The position numbers and the translations under genes are program-made. The notes beneath the pieces were generated by a model, which saw only the letters and a list, made by a program, of their open reading frames with translations, was not told the DNA's origin and did not search any database. Shown piece by piece: positions 1 through 16,688 of a stretch of 64,000 bases of DNA. The first letter of the stretch is position 1; each line of letters opens with the position of its first letter. Origin of the DNA: the human T2T-CHM13v2.0 reference genome, Homo sapiens; NCBI RefSeq assembly GCF_009914755.1, contig NC_060929.1; one strand, written 5' to 3'.

Positions 1-1030
<1,030 letters not shown>

Positions 1031-1381
1031 ATACATATATGTATATTATAATATGTATATTCTATGTGTGTACACATTTTAGAGTAAATTGTAGGTATCA
1101 TACCCAGTTACTTCTAAATATTCTTTTGCTAGTTTGGTAAGAAAAAGGACATTCTCTTACATAACAACAGTACAGTTTTCAAAGTCAAGAAATTTAACAT
1201 TGATATACTATTATCTATAGTCCATATTTAAATTTAATCAATTATTCCAATCAATTTATAGCTACTTTTTTCCAGTCAGAGATCAAATCCAGGATTCTGT
1301 CTCTTTAATCCCCTTTAATTTGGAACAGTTCCTAATACTTCCTTTGTGTTTTATGACCTTCACATTTTCGAAGAGTACTAG

Positions 1382-1697
<316 letters not shown>

Positions 1698-3024
1698 AGT
1701 ACTAGCCAGTTATTTTATAGAACAGTTCTTACTGTGAGTTTGTCTGGTGTTTCCTCATGATGAGACTTATGTTATGCATTTTTGGCAAAAACATCATGAA
1801 ACTGATGTTGACTCCTTCCCAGTGTATATGATTAAGAAGCGTATGATGTTGGTTTGTCCTGATATTGGTGTTGTTTCTGTCTGATGACTTGCTTAAGGTG
1901 GTGTCTGTCTGATTTGTCTAGTAAAGCTACCATTTTTTCCTTTGTATAAGTAATAATGTGAAGTGTTACTTTGAGACCATGTAAATATCCTGGTCCTTAT
2001 CAAACTTTTACTGAGTGGCTTTAACATCTATTGATTATTTCCTAACCCCATCATTCCTATTATATTTAATAGTTGGCATTCTACTGTAAGGAAGTAATTT
2101 TCTTTCACCCTTGTTTGTTGGTTGTTTATATTAACATGAATTTATGGATATTTATTGTTTTCAGTGGTTTCTAATCCATTACTAGTCATCATTTATTTGA
2201 ATACCAAATTGTCCTAGATTTGGCCAGCAGGAGGTTCTTTCAGTTGACTCCTGTATGCTTTTGACATGGCTACATAATTCTTAGAGCATGTCCTTATTTC
2301 CTGGTGCCACAACATGTTTCAGCAGTTTTGTTTCACCGGTTTTTAGATGACTATTAATGTCTCTTTGTATGCTGTGTGAGAAAAAAATAATGTACATATG
2401 ACCCAACTACTTTGGACGGAAATCCATTTTTAAACAGACTGGGCATATCTTGTACTTTAGTTGAAACCATTATAGTGGTGACAAAAATAATAATCTTAAA
2501 GGTTCTTTTTTGTGTGTTCAAAAGAAAGAATTATTTCTTTCAGGACAGTGGTCAGTTGAAACAACAACAACAAAAGAGAACTTAAGATCAGGAAACCTGG
2601 GTTTGAGTCCCCAATCCAACTGAACAGCTATTTTAGAGAAATTTACACAAGGGTCTCAAAGTTTTCTCATTTGCAAAACGGAGCTGTGAAGGTTCTGTTT
2701 GGCAACATATGATAAAGCATTATCAAATATATAGTATTTCCTCGGCCCAGCATGCCATAATAGGTTTCAGACTAGGTATAGTGTTTTTGATTATGTGGAT
2801 AACTATCTTAAAATCCTTCTGAATGTAGTCGAGGATGTTTATAAGAGTATTTGAAATAAAACTTAGGAGCCATGCAAAAAACCCAGGTCAGTTATCTTCT
2901 GTATTAGAAATGATAAGCACAAACTGTATGCTTGTTCAACTGCTTTCCAAAATAAAACATTTTTTGATAGTTTGAAATTGGGTATATAAAGAATATGCAA
3001 TTGAAATAACTCAACTTTTGGGTG

Positions 3025-3321
3025 TTTTTGTTTTTGTTTGTGAGATGGAATCCCTGTCGCCCAGGCTGGAGTGCAGTGGTGCAATCTCGGTTCTCACTGC
3101 AGTCTCCGCCTCCCAGGTTCAAGCGATTCTCCCGCCTCAGCCTCCCAAGCAGCTTGGACTACAGGTGCACACCATGACACCCAGTTAATTTTTGCATTTT
3201 TATTAGAGACAGAGTTTCACCATGTTGATCAGGCTGGTCTCAAACTCCTGGCCTCAAGTAATCTGCCCACCTCAGCTTCCCAAAGTGCTGAGATTACAGG
3301 CATGAGCCACCACACTCAGCC
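3025..3321 (-). mobile_element. Alu
   Basis: Antisense Alu dimer. Confidence 0.9.
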
Positions 3322-4622
3322 AAAATATGAATTTTTTGGATAGTCTTGAAATTTGTATCTTATTTATCTAATCAGTTTGTTTGTTAAATTTCCATTTTAT
3401 TTTGCACTGGATTAAAAACATCATTATTATAAATATTTTTGCATTGCTTTACAATTTACAAAGCACTTTCACATGCATTCTCTTATTTAATATTCACAGC
3501 AATCCTGTGAGTTATATAGAGCAAAATTAGTATCCTCATTTTATAGATGAGGAAACTGAACCTCAGAAGTGTAAGGTCACATTCTGTGTAACAGATGGCG
3601 CAGGAACTGTGAGTTGGTGGCTACTGCATTCCCAGTACTGGAGACAAACCTAGCACATCACAACACCCAGTAAATATTTGTTGAATGGATAGATGGAACT
3701 CAAAAGCAGGTCTTCTGATTCCAGAATTTCAGGTCATAGGACATAAAATAAAATTCGAATCAACTCATAATAATGTTGAGTGATGCTGATAAACAAGCCT
3801 TTCCTGGCAACCAGGAATAATCTACAAATATAAGAAGTCGAAAGATGTTCAGCATTGCTCATATTTAAATACAGACCAATCAAAACAAGGACATGCCATT
3901 TTTACCTATCAGATTTAGCAAAGATAACAAAATGGGCTATTCTGGGAACCAGGGAAGATGTGGGAAAAAGACACACACTGGTGTGCCGCATGCAAACTCT
4001 TGCCACCCACTTGGAGAATGTGTTGCTGTCTTTCAATCTTTCAGATGCACGTAACCTTTTCCCTAACAAGTTCACCTTTAAAAACTGTTGCTACCGACTC
4101 CCATATGTACTCAAAGATAGATGCATAAGAATTTTCACATGCACGTTATTTGCAGTAATAAACAACCAAAAACCATTTAAATGTTAATGAATAGACTAAC
4201 GATAGTGTAGAATATTGACAGGATGGAAAACTATGCAGCCATTAAAAGGAACAAGGCAAGTCAGTGTGTGCTGATATGGAACAATCTCCAAGATATATTG
4301 ATAATTGTAAAAAGCAAGATGTCAAAAAGCCAAAGGAAAACCTATACTGACCTGTGTTTGCCTATGCATAGACTGTCTCTGGTTAGATTCAGAAGACACT
4401 ATTAACAATTGTTCACTGGCCAAGGGGATTGGGGCAGGAGAGACTTTACACGGGGAACCTTTGGATACTGTTTCACTTTATAATTAAAAGATAATTCGAG
4501 AAGATATATCAAGGCCTATTTCTTGGAGGCCAGAGCGCTCCTAACCCCTGAGCCTGCCTCAGCCTCTGGCTCCCACCCCCGCAGCCGCCCCGTCGCCTCT
4601 GAGCAGGACGGGGCCCCACTCA

Positions 4623-5066
<444 letters not shown>

Positions 5067-6734
5067 TCACGGGTTGGTTAGCGTTTATGGAGCCCTTACT
5101 CGGTGCCTGGCGCTGCACAGAGTGCTGTGCTCAAGTTATCTCCTCATCTTCACAATTATCCCCATTTCACAGGTGAGGAAACTGAGGCTCGGCGAGTCAG
5201 GCGACTAGCTCAGGGTCACGGGTCCAGCCCCGCGGGGAGCGAGGATCAGAAGTCTAGCTTTCGGACGCATGTCGCGCACACATTTTCTTCCCTCAACCGA
5301 CCCTCGCCCGCAGCTCTTTGGGCTAATCCGTCCGGGAACTCTTCGGACTGTCCCCTCGCGTTTTGGAAAAGTCAGCAGCCTGGCCAAGCAGCCTGGCCTT
5401 GCGAGTCGCCGGCTGGTCTGAAACTAGTCCTGGGCAAGGACGCCCCCAGAGCTGCGGTGCAGGGTGGAGGGTAGGTGGGATTCGCTAGCACCCCTCAACC
5501 TCCTCTCACCCGGTGGTCCCCAGCTCCTGGCCCCTTTCCTGGTCTGGTCACCAGATGTTGGCTTTATGCCCAGCCATTTCTACGTCGAGTATGTGTGGGG
5601 GTGGGAGGAAGGAGTGACTAAGCAAAATTAGGAAGGGCATGAGCTTGGACGAAAGACATCCCCAGGACCCTTCAGAGACCCCCACCCGCTCCAGCCCTGT
5701 CATTCAGAATGGGAGGAAGGGAGGAGGGGCAGTTTATGCGTGGAAATGTGCACCACCGAGCTATTTATACTAAAAAGTTAGAAACGACCAAGATACTCTG
5801 CAATACGGGATTCTAAATAAATTAAGGTTCATCTACTTAAGTTATTAGACAGTTAAATAACTTAGTATGAGAACCAGCTAAGTGCCTTGGCAATGTTAAG
5901 TTGCAAAAGGAAATATATCACAAACTGATCCCAACCATATACAAATATTTATATACACACTGTAAGGAAGGACACAATAATGGTAATAGTTACACAAGAT
6001 GTGGAATATTGGTTTAAAAAGCATGTTTTAGGATATTTTTTCAGGTTATAAAAGCAAAATGTGAGCATTGAAAGAATACAGTTAATAAAAATAATCAAAG
6101 AACATTGTGCTTTTTTCTCTCAACTTTCTCTAATGCTATGTTCATCTTTACAGTTCATATTTTTAAACGTTTTTAAAATGCCCTGTTTTTGTTCAGTGTC
6201 TTTGGGGCCTCTACTGTTACAACACCAAGATTATCACACACTAATCCATGTGAATGTGTACCTGGGAGTTAAGGTGTTAATGGGAAGGAACTAATCTCAC
6301 CTCTCTCCTCAGCTAGCAGGTACATTTTAAGAATTCATTTAATTGCCACAGACAAGACCTCCAATTAGGTCTCAAATCCAAAAGAGCAGTTCTGCTGGCA
6401 AATCTAGGAAAAGGGGAAGGTATTTTAGACAGACTGGGTTTTTCTGATCACCTCCTACTACATACACAGTGAAGTTGATCCCCACTGAGTATGAATAGAG
6501 ATGTCTTGAAGCCAGATCTTAAACCCAGAGGTCTTACGTAGTGATATCTGCAAAAAGGGGGCATAAATGCACCCTAGAGCTCGCTGTCAGATGCAAGGCA
6601 GGTTCACTGCCAAACTGATGGGGAGGAGGGAATGAAAATATAAATGTACTGCAAAATTAATTTACAGGGTTCCTTATTTTACATGTTCCTGTCTTTATAA
6701 TTTTACAGCTGACTTTAGATCGTACTAGTATAAT

Positions 6735-6951
6735 GGTGAGGAACAACACACACTGGGGCCTATCGAAGGGTGGAGGGTGGAAGGAGGGAGAGGATCAGGA
6801 AAAATAACTAATGGATACTAGGCTTAATACCTGGGTGAGGAAATAACCCATATAGCAAACCTCCAATGATGCACATTTACCTGTGTAACAAACCTGCACA
6901 TCCTGCACATGTACCCCTGAACTTAAAAGTAAAAAAAAAAAAAAAAAAAAA
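6735..6951 (+). mobile_element. Older L1PA 3' end fragment with poly(A)
   Basis: ...gtaacaaacctgcacatcctgcacatgtacccctgaacttaaaagt(A)n. Confidence 0.85.
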
Positions 6952-7072
6952 TCTAAAGAAGGGATCATACTGGTATAGTAATTAATTGAGGTAGTTAGAA
7001 TAGCAGTGAAGGAAGGGCTAAAAGATGCTCTGATCTCAAATCTTGATAACTTAGTTATTTTGGTAATGGCTA

Positions 7073-7413
<341 letters not shown>

Positions 7414-8001
7414 TTAAAATGGTGGACAAACATCCAGATAACAAATGAAAATGTCCTCCCTTTACTTGGTTTCATAAAGACACAGTCAAAATATATACTA
7501 CAATTTTCTTAAAACCTACCTAATTGTCTGCTAAAGAGTAACATTTTTTCTTCTTCAGGACAAAAATTCTAGCATATGCAATACATCTGACATTTTCAAA
7601 ACAGTCCTGTTTATTTGCTAATTCTTGGCATAGTTTCTTAAGTGTCTACTCATTTTAGTTGTTATATGTGGTGGTAGGGATATAGACCAATAAGATATGT
7701 CACCTGCCCCCAAGCCTCTTACAGTCAAACTGAGGTGACAAGTAAGTAACCAGATACTGCTGTACAGGGGGATGCATGAATGAAGGATCTGTGAAGTTAA
7801 GCAGGACACAAAAGGGGTATAATCACAGGTGAGACTGGGTCAGTGAGCCTGTGCTCTGGTAGCAATGGAAGACAGTTCAGAGTAGGGCTGGAGAGAACTG
7901 GAGACCATTTCAATAATCAAATGCAGTGAGGATGGTGGGGCATTTGAGAAATGTGTAATACACTTGGCATAACCCTGTGATAGGTTGGATGTGGGAGGTG
8001 A

Positions 8002-8385
<384 letters not shown>

Positions 8386-10095
8386 TAACATGGTGAACCT
8401 AATGAAGTGTATGGGATTTTCAGGAAAACAGTTTGTACACAGTAACTGTACCTCTGACTTTCTCTTCTGTATTCCTGTGTAGCATTTATTGGTCACATTC
8501 TGCTGTGATTATTTGTTGATTTATTGGCCTTCCCCAAAGTAGCCAGACTTTGAGCTTGTGGAGGGCAGAGACCTTGTCTTATTCTGATGTTTATCCCACT
8601 TGCCCACAACTATACCTGACATGTGGAAGGTCTCAATAAACGTCCAAAATTTAAGGCCTTTTTTATATTTCAAAAGTACAAATTGAAAAGAGTGAATTGC
8701 ATTTGATGCAGGGAGGAGAAAGAAAGAGATGAGAATCAGTAAATATTAACATTTCTTCTGCATTCAGCTAAAATTCAGCTTTAGATATAAAATATGGAAA
8801 AATAACCAGAGTTGAGAGCTCTCTCTGCCAAAATAGTGTTTATGTTTAACATAGTTCACACAGCTGGGCTCCATTTGCCTGCCCTCCAAGTGCACAGTAA
8901 AAAGATGCTGTAGGTAGAGTGACCTGGTATTTACCTCTAGTTAAACCCCTTCTGATGGACCTTCTTGCACTGCAGAGGAAAGAAAACTAACCACTTTGCC
9001 AGACTCCTTTGCAGCTAGGATCTGGATAAGAACTAGCATCCCCAATCAGATGCACCAGTATGAGTCTGGGAAGGTGGAAGCATAGCAAATGTGGCCATAG
9101 TGCAGCATTCCAGGGTCACGTGAGGGGCAGCTGAGGTCGCTGGAGCAGCCTCCTTCTCCCTATATGACAGCTGTGTCCTGAAGCCAGCAGTTCAATAGTG
9201 GCTTCTCTTAGTTGTGGCAGAGGGTGCAGCCCCAGCCGGCCAATTCAGTCATGTTTTTCTAGGGGTCATTTCTGGAAGCCCAGTGTAAATTTTTTATGTA
9301 CCCATTTCTCAATATTAAACTCCTTTCTGCTTAGTCAGAGTGGTTTGTACTTCTGCAGCTAAACTGAACATGGGGAGAAAGCTAGAATAAGCCCCCTCTC
9401 TAGTCATGCCATTCGATGGAGATTAAGAGATTATTCAAGCCATATTTGACCTCTCATGTTTGGTTCCATACTGTTAACAGGACTGTCCTGGGAGGCTCTG
9501 TGGGAAGATCCTCACGTCTGCTTTAATTTCTGGTTGCTTTTATTAGATCCAGGATTGACCCAGCTAAGGACAAAGACTCCTGTAACCAAGATCAAATTAG
9601 CTTCCCTCTTATTCTTTATTGCCTTTATGGCCTTCCAGCCTCCTGGGAAAAGATTGAAGAAAACAGTATATCAAGCAATATGGCCAAAATGTGTTTGGGA
9701 TCTCTTTGTTCCTTGGTATCCAAGGAAGCTCGCTCCTGACACCTGGGTGGGTCACTTTGTGTGGGGAGTAAGCAAAGGAGAAATAGCAGATGCCAGACAC
9801 TAGAACAGAAGCAGTTTCTCTCCAAAATCTGTTCCCCCTCCTTCCGAAGGATTAGCGTTGGAGCTGGACACATGGACATTCACTGATGATACTTCCTGGC
9901 TTCCCTTGCAGCAAGGTAGAGCCATGTGGCTAAACTCTCACGCAGGAAATGTAAATGTCAATGAGATGAGTCACTTCTAGGTCTGAGCTAAAAACTTTAG
10001 GATGAGCTTTGCCACACTGTTTCCTCATCGTTTGAGACAGAGTATGAACGTGACTCTGATCCAGTTTCCCCCATGCTGAGGAGGACAGTACCCTA

Positions 10096-10318
10096 GGGCT
10101 GGGTTGGCAAACGCTTTCTGTAAAGGGTCAGATAGTAATTATTTTTAGCCTTGGGGGCCATACAGTCTCAGTGGTAACTACTCAACTCTGCTACTGTAGT
10201 GGAAAAGTGGCCATTAGACAATATGTAAATCAATGGGCAGGGTTTTACCTAAGACTGTTTTTACAAAAACAGGTGATGTGCCAGATTTGGTCTGTGGGCT
10301 GTCATGTGCTGACCCCTG
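10096..10318. mobile_element. MER58A-like hAT DNA transposon
   Basis: gggttggcaaac...tctgtaaagggtcagatagta...tgctgacccctg resembles MER58 by recall. Confidence 0.7.
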
Positions 10319-10879
10319 CCGTAGGGAATGGCAAAGCAATAAGATAAAAGGACTGTGCAATTTGGTGCACACTCTGTAAAAAAGAGTCCCCCACAAACAG
10401 TGGCTTTCCTCTTACAGAGGAAAAAGAAACTACTTTTATTTAAAGCCACTGTTGTGGGGGCCTCTTTTTTACACAGCTTAGTTTTACCCTACACCCAACA
10501 CGTAGGCCAGTAAGCTGCCTATGTACCCTGCTTGATGTCTCCCTTGGATTCAGGAACTGAGGGGGTTTATGTTGATTTCATAGAACAGATAAGACTAGTT
10601 AAAAGAGGCATCTGAGGCTTTTCTCCCTGATCCATTCATTGCTTTGTGTCCAGCTATGGGCAGGCCTGAAATGAACTGGCCTATTATCAATAAAAGGTTG
10701 CATCTTCCACTGATGCAGCCTACAAAAGAGGGATCAGGATTGCTGTGGGGAGTTGGGAGGAGTGGGTGGTTTGCATTGCTCAGGGAAGGCATCTCTGAAA
10801 AGGTGACACTTGACCAAAGACCAGAAAGCAGTGAGGGGATGACCCTGCAGGCACCTGGGGAGATGTGCTTTAGACCAAG

Positions 10880-11590
10880 TGAAATGGGAAAAGTTCCCTT
10901 ATGCCCCTTGCAGGGTGTGTGATGGAGGCGTGGATCACTTCTTCAGCACCCCACAGCTTAAACCCCTAGGGGGAGCATGCAGGTACCCCATGGCAGCATC
11001 TAGGGGTGAATGTTTACAGCTCCTGAAGCCCCAGTGGGTGTGTGTTACAGTGTGCTCTTTCAGCTTAGCTGTCCACTGGCAGCTTGTGTTAATCAGCTCA
11101 ATTAGACCCTCCGCCTTATCGAAAGGACAGAGGGCTTTCTGTATCCCGGGGTTCTTGCCAGTGTACTGGAAAAATTGGATCACACATGGGCTTGGAGAAT
11201 GAGTGCAAAGTTTTATCGAATGGTGGAAGTAGCTCTCAGCAGATGGATGGGGAGCCAGAAGGGGGATGGAGTGGGAAGGCGGTCTTCCCCTGGAGTCAGG
11301 CCGCTCAGCAGCCAGACTCTCCTCTGATTACCCCTGGCTGAATTCCACTTCGTCTGTGTCATTCTGCCACCGATGGCCTGCCAGAGTCTGTGTGTTCTTC
11401 TGCCAGTGTGTTCCTCTCAACGTCCAGCTGCTTGTGTTTGTGTTTGCTAGGGTCTTGAGGTTTTTATAGGCACAGGATGGAGGTGTGGCGGGCCAGGGTG
11501 GTCTTGGAAAATGCAACATTTGGGCGCAAAAGCAGGAGTGCCTATCCTCACCAGGGTCTGTGGGCACAGGCCTGAGGCCTTCCTGTATCA
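10880..11590 (-). mobile_element. ERV1-class solo LTR (exact family uncertain)
   Basis: TG...CA termini, ~710 bp, near-matching 4-bp flanks CAAG/AAAG, TATA-like tataaaaa on the minus strand near 11465. Confidence 0.7.
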
Positions 11591-12591
11591 AAAGGAAACT
11601 GCACCCCATGGCTAACTGCTCTGAATGGAACCTTTTAAATAAGTTATGAGTGGGCTAAATAGGAAGGTGGTAAAATAGAAGGAAAAGAGAGTAGGAATTT
11701 AGAAGCTAGTCTGATTTTTTACTTACTTAGCTCTGTGATCTTGGGCAAGTCAACCATTCTGAGCCTCAGTTTCCTCATCTACACCTGAGAATAAAAACTG
11801 TCTGTCCTGCCTCACTGGCAGAGTTGCTGGGAGTGCCAAATGATAAGACACGTGTGAACACACTGCATGACTACAAAGCGTTGTGTCCACTACCGTTCTG
11901 TTCAGTGGCTGACACGAAGAAAAATTATTTTTCTCACCTAACAAGAGGTCCAGGGGTAACAGCCCATGGCTGCCGCAGCCACCCAAGGATGTCTTAAGAA
12001 ATCTGCCTCATATGGCTGTCAGATGACTGCTGTATTCCCAGGCATTATGTTGGCATTCCAGCCAGGAAGGAGGAAAATAGACAAAAGGGAAGGGAGTGGG
12101 CGTCTATGTCAGGAAAGCAAAACTTTTCCAGAAATCCTCCACCAGCTTCCGTATGTGTCTCACTGGCCAGCACTGTGTCACAGGGCTGCTCCCAGAGGCA
12201 AAGGAACCTGGGAATTTTTTGAAAGTTAGGGGCATTGTCCCCCCACACAAAAACAGGGGAGAGAATGCACACTAGGTAGACAACTAGCTGTGTTGTCACA
12301 AACATGTTGAAAAGCCAAAATAACTATCGTGGAATCAGTGCTATAATTTGACTCAGATTAAATGTTATTTAAGAATAAATAGTCTCAGCCCTTTCATTGT
12401 ACAAAATAGGAACCTGGATCGGCCAAGAAATACGGTATGCTCAATCTTTCTGAAATATTATTAGAGCACATGATTTTAACAAAACTACAGCTCTAAGAAC
12501 GTAATACCACTTCACCTAAAATTAGAAAATGCTTTTAGGAAAAAAAAAAAAAAGTAGAGCGGAGCTTAGGTGCTTTTTTTCTCTTCTTCAG

Positions 12592-12724
12592 GGGATTTTG
12601 GAGCGCCTGGAGAGTGGGGAGGTTGTGATTGGAGATGGCAGCTTTCTCATTACTCTGGAGAAGAGAGGCTATGTGAAGGCTGGGCTCTGGACTCCAGAGG
12701 CAGTGATAGAACACCCAGACGCAG
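12592..12724 (+). CDS. BHMT2: BHMT2 exon 2
   Basis: Polypyrimidine tract + AG; [44 protein letters not shown]; donor GTTGGT; 133 nt. Confidence 0.96.
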
Positions 12725-12896
12725 GTTGGTGTCCACATCCCCAAGAGTGTCTACCTGAGTGGTATTTTATTTAAATCTGATTGAGAGAAGATCAAGAAAA
12801 AATTAACAACTGTTTCAAAGGGGTGTTTTGCTTGCTAAGATTGCCAAGATGTGGAGATAATGGCAGTATACAGGCGGAAGTATATGGAAGAAAATG

Positions 12897-13110
12897 ACCT
12901 CTCTCTCTCTCATACACACACCTACCCACATCACACACCCACCCATCCACACGCCCACACACACTCCCACACACACACATCCATGCACTCACACCCCAAC
13001 CCCACATCCACACACACCCCACATCCACACCCACATACACCACAAACACACATACACACCCACACAACACACTCTCACACACACACACACTCTCATACAC
13101 ACACACATCT
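12897..13110. repeat. (CT)n/(CA)n-rich low-complexity tract
   Basis: Degenerate CA repeat; produces spurious His/Thr-rich ORFs. Confidence 0.9.
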
Positions 13111-14480
13111 GCATCTTAATGTACAGGCAGTGCTAAAATAGACATCTTAATATTTGTTCCATGAATATTTACCTTGTAGATATACAGAGTTTCCTTAAAA
13201 CAGCAAAACTGTTCCTGCTTCTGATTCACCCTGCTGACAATGTGCATGGTTAAGTGTAACAGCGTTTATAGTGAGGGTGATTAATGGTAGTCACAGTGTA
13301 ACAGAGCACAGACAGCCAGGTTCCAGGGTTGGGAGGGCAAGGAAGTCAACACAGTTTTATATCATCCTCCTGGCTGGGAAAAAAAAAAAAAAAAAAGAGC
13401 TAGAGGTAAAGAACTATGATGGGATTAGATAGTTACCTGAAATGAAAACTTTAATTCTCTTCTAACTCTTTTTTTGTGTGTTTGTTCTCCTAAATTAAAG
13501 TGAGAAAATAAAGCCAAAGAATGAAATGGGTGTAAGAGAACACTAGCTGAGACTGGAACTTTTGATTCACTCTGATTTTATGTATATTCACACAGCGTAT
13601 CAGATAAACCTAGGGTCCTGTCTTGATTCTTCCACTGACCAGCTGTGTGACCTTGGACAAGTCACTTGACCTCTCCAAGGATCCATATCTTAATCTGTTT
13701 CATGGGGGCACAACATGGGCTAGGTGTGAGGACTCACAAGTTAACCCGTGTGAAGTGCCCGTATCATCAGTACGATGGCCGTTATGATTGGTGCATCGGA
13801 CACCCAGAGTTCTGTGGTAGAGCAGGACCAAGTTTTGTTCCTTTGGTGCTTAACAGGATGTTTTCATCTGGCCCAAGAAGAACTTGTTCTTAATGTTAAA
13901 AGACCTTTTTGCTAAACTGGGAAGAAAGTGCTGGAATAACAAGAGTAAGGATAAGGGAGGAGGGGCGAAAGTGGTGAAGGAGAGGAAGGAATGACTTTCA
14001 GATAGCCAGGAAAAGCTTCCAGACTGCTTTCTGATGTTCCCAAACTGCTTGCTCTGACTCTGATATGGGTGCCACCCACATGCATTCTGCTTTCTATGAG
14101 AAGCTCCTCACTTTACTTTAAGGGCTGCCAATGCTGACTATAGTAGACCAGCTCTGTCCTTTACAACACAGGTATAGAATAAACCTCTCTAGACCAAGAG
14201 ACCAAGGGTTAATTGGCCAGTCAGGCCTTAATCTCTGCATGTGACTGCACCAAGTCATTGAGGCCCATCACCAGAACAATACAAGGCTGCTCTAAACAGT
14301 ACATCCTGCCTATGAATTCTACTGACCTTAATCTATAATTTTTTGTTACTACTAGGTTTGAACTGAGGTATGATTGAAAGAGATGGGAGTCAGTGAGCTA
14401 CTGCTGCTTTTGAAAATGATAGCTTCTGTAATATTTCTTTATTCATTTATTTCAATGTTTAAAACCCAACTACTTTGTAG

Positions 14481-14572
14481 TTCGTCAACTTCACATGGAA
14501 TTCTTGAGAGCAGGATCAAATGTCATGCAGACTTTTACCTTTTCTGCCAGTGAGGACAATATGGAAAGCAAG
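14481..14572 (+). CDS. BHMT2: BHMT2 exon 3
   Basis: (V)[30 protein letters not shown]; AG/GTAAAC; 92 nt, 27 nt shorter than BHMT exon 3. Confidence 0.95.
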
Positions 14573-14725
14573 GTAAACGGCAATGGCTGGGTGTGGGGGA
14601 GGGAGTCATCTATTAAAAAATAACCTCTTCATGGGAAGCTATGGAATTGATTATGTGTTACTATACTTTATTACAAAGTCCATATAAATATGTATTAATT
14701 TTCACGTGAAGATATATACTAAATA

Positions 14726-15013
14726 GGTCGGGCACAGTGGCTTACACCTGTAATCCCAGCACTCTGAGAGGCCGAGGTGGACAGACCACTTGAGCCCAGG
14801 AGTTCCAGATCAGCCTGGACAACATGGTGAAACCCTGTCTCTACTGAAAATGCAAAAATTAGCTGGGTGTGGTGGCAGGCGCCAGTAATCCCAGCTACGC
14901 AGGAGGTTGAGGCATGAGAATGGCTTCAACCTGGGAGATAGCATTGAGCCGAGATCACACCACTGCACTCCAGCCTGGGTGACAGAGCAAGACCCCATGT
15001 CAGCAAAAAAAAA
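14726..15013 (+). mobile_element. Alu
   Basis: Sense dimer in BHMT2 intron 3. Confidence 0.9.
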
Positions 15014-15798
15014 GAAGTTAATATATACTAAATGAATTAGCTTTCTCTTCCCATTTAGGTAGAGGAGGGGTCAGGACTAGGGGTAAAATAAACCATTGGA
15101 AGGGCATGGCTGTCTTCTTGTGCTATTTTTTAGAGAGAAAGCACTTCATAGATGCTCTTTTCACCTTCTCATTTCACACTTTTCTCTTCTGGAGACAGGG
15201 AGGCCCTAAAAAACAATACTGGAGTAGAAATGAGAAAAAACGGGTTTGATATCCAGCATTGCCACCTATTGGCTGTGTGGCTTTGTGTAAGACACCTACC
15301 TGCATTGAGCATTGGTTTTCTCTCTGTAAAATGGAGACAACAGTAGTGCTTAAATTCATAGACCTGTTGAGAAGAGTAAGTAAGACCAAGGATGTGAAAG
15401 TATTGTGAAATATTCTGCAAATGTAAAATGTTAATACGTGTAAATGTTAATGCCCATTAATTCATTCAACCAACCAACATGTACTGAGTATCTGTTACAG
15501 TCCATTCTCTATGTTAGACTCAAAGTTGATACAAAGGCATAGACCCTATCTGGAGGTGCAAGGTCAAGTATGGGAGGCAAACAAATAGTTATTAAAATCC
15601 AATGTGGTAAGTACAATAATGGAAATATAAGGTCATGGTAACAGAGGAGATTGTACCCAACTCTGCTGGTCTTTTCTGCTTGCATTGAAGAGAGTGGCTT
15701 ATACTCATCTTACTTGTTTATTGTCCCTTTAGTTATCTTTTATATTTTACCTTCAAACTGCTAGGCTCACTATCTGAACTCTTGCTCTCTAACCTCAG

Positions 15799-15990
15799 TG
15801 GGAAGATGTAAATGCTGCTGCCTGTGACCTCGCCAGGGAAGTGGCTGGCAAAGGTGATGCTTTGGTAGCAGGGGGGATCTGCCAGACATCAATATACAAA
15901 TACCAGAAGGATGAAGCTAGAATTAAAAAACTTTTTCGACAACAGCTAGAAGTTTTTGCCTGGAAAAATGTGGACTTCTTGATTGCAGAG
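15799..15990 (+). CDS. BHMT2: BHMT2 exon 4
   Basis: [26 protein letters not shown]...KNVDFLIAE; AG/GTGAGG; 192 nt. Confidence 0.96.
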
Positions 15991-16688
15991 GTGAGGCTAG
16001 TATTGGAGGAAAAGGATTGAACCTATTTTGCAAGCATAACTGCAGAGTCTTCACATTTCATGAGGGTATTGGACAACATTCTGCCCTCATTTCTTCCATG
16101 TGGATGGTCAAAGGTTTATTTAAATGCATGGTAGTCAAGGCCAACATTCCCTCATTGGTATGCTAGGTTCTCTTAGAGCCAAAGGACAGACCCAAGAGAG
16201 GCCTGACCATAGCCTTTTATCTTCTAAGGTCTGGGTGGCTGCAGAAGCTGACTTGGGGGACTCTACAACCTATAAGGAAGCATAGGGCACAGTGCCTCCG
16301 GGAGCACCCTCTCCAGAGGGAGAATCCACACAGGAGGGCACTGCATGTGTGGGCTGGGGACTGAGAGAGCAAGGCCTGGAAGGTGGTGGCTATCCAGGCT
16401 CGTCTAGGCCCCACCAATAATGCTCAGCACCCAGTAGTTTCCATAGCCTTCTCCATCCATGTCTTGCTCTTCTTGCCTCTCTGCTTTCACTCAAGCTATG
16501 ACATGTGAATTACATTTTGAAGAAAGAATCAGTAAGAATTGGTCATTGATTGGACATGAAGGCCCAGAACATTCTCTTTCCTCCACTTCCAAAACGAAAG
16601 TCCTCATTCCCCATTTCCCAACATAACTGCTACTGCCTGGGGTCATGCCTTCAACCCACAACTTTACTCCAAACAAGAGAATATCCCC

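Noticed and set aside
12792-13141. His/Thr- and Cys/Val-rich ORFs
   Set aside because: Artefacts of the (CA)n/(TG)n tract.
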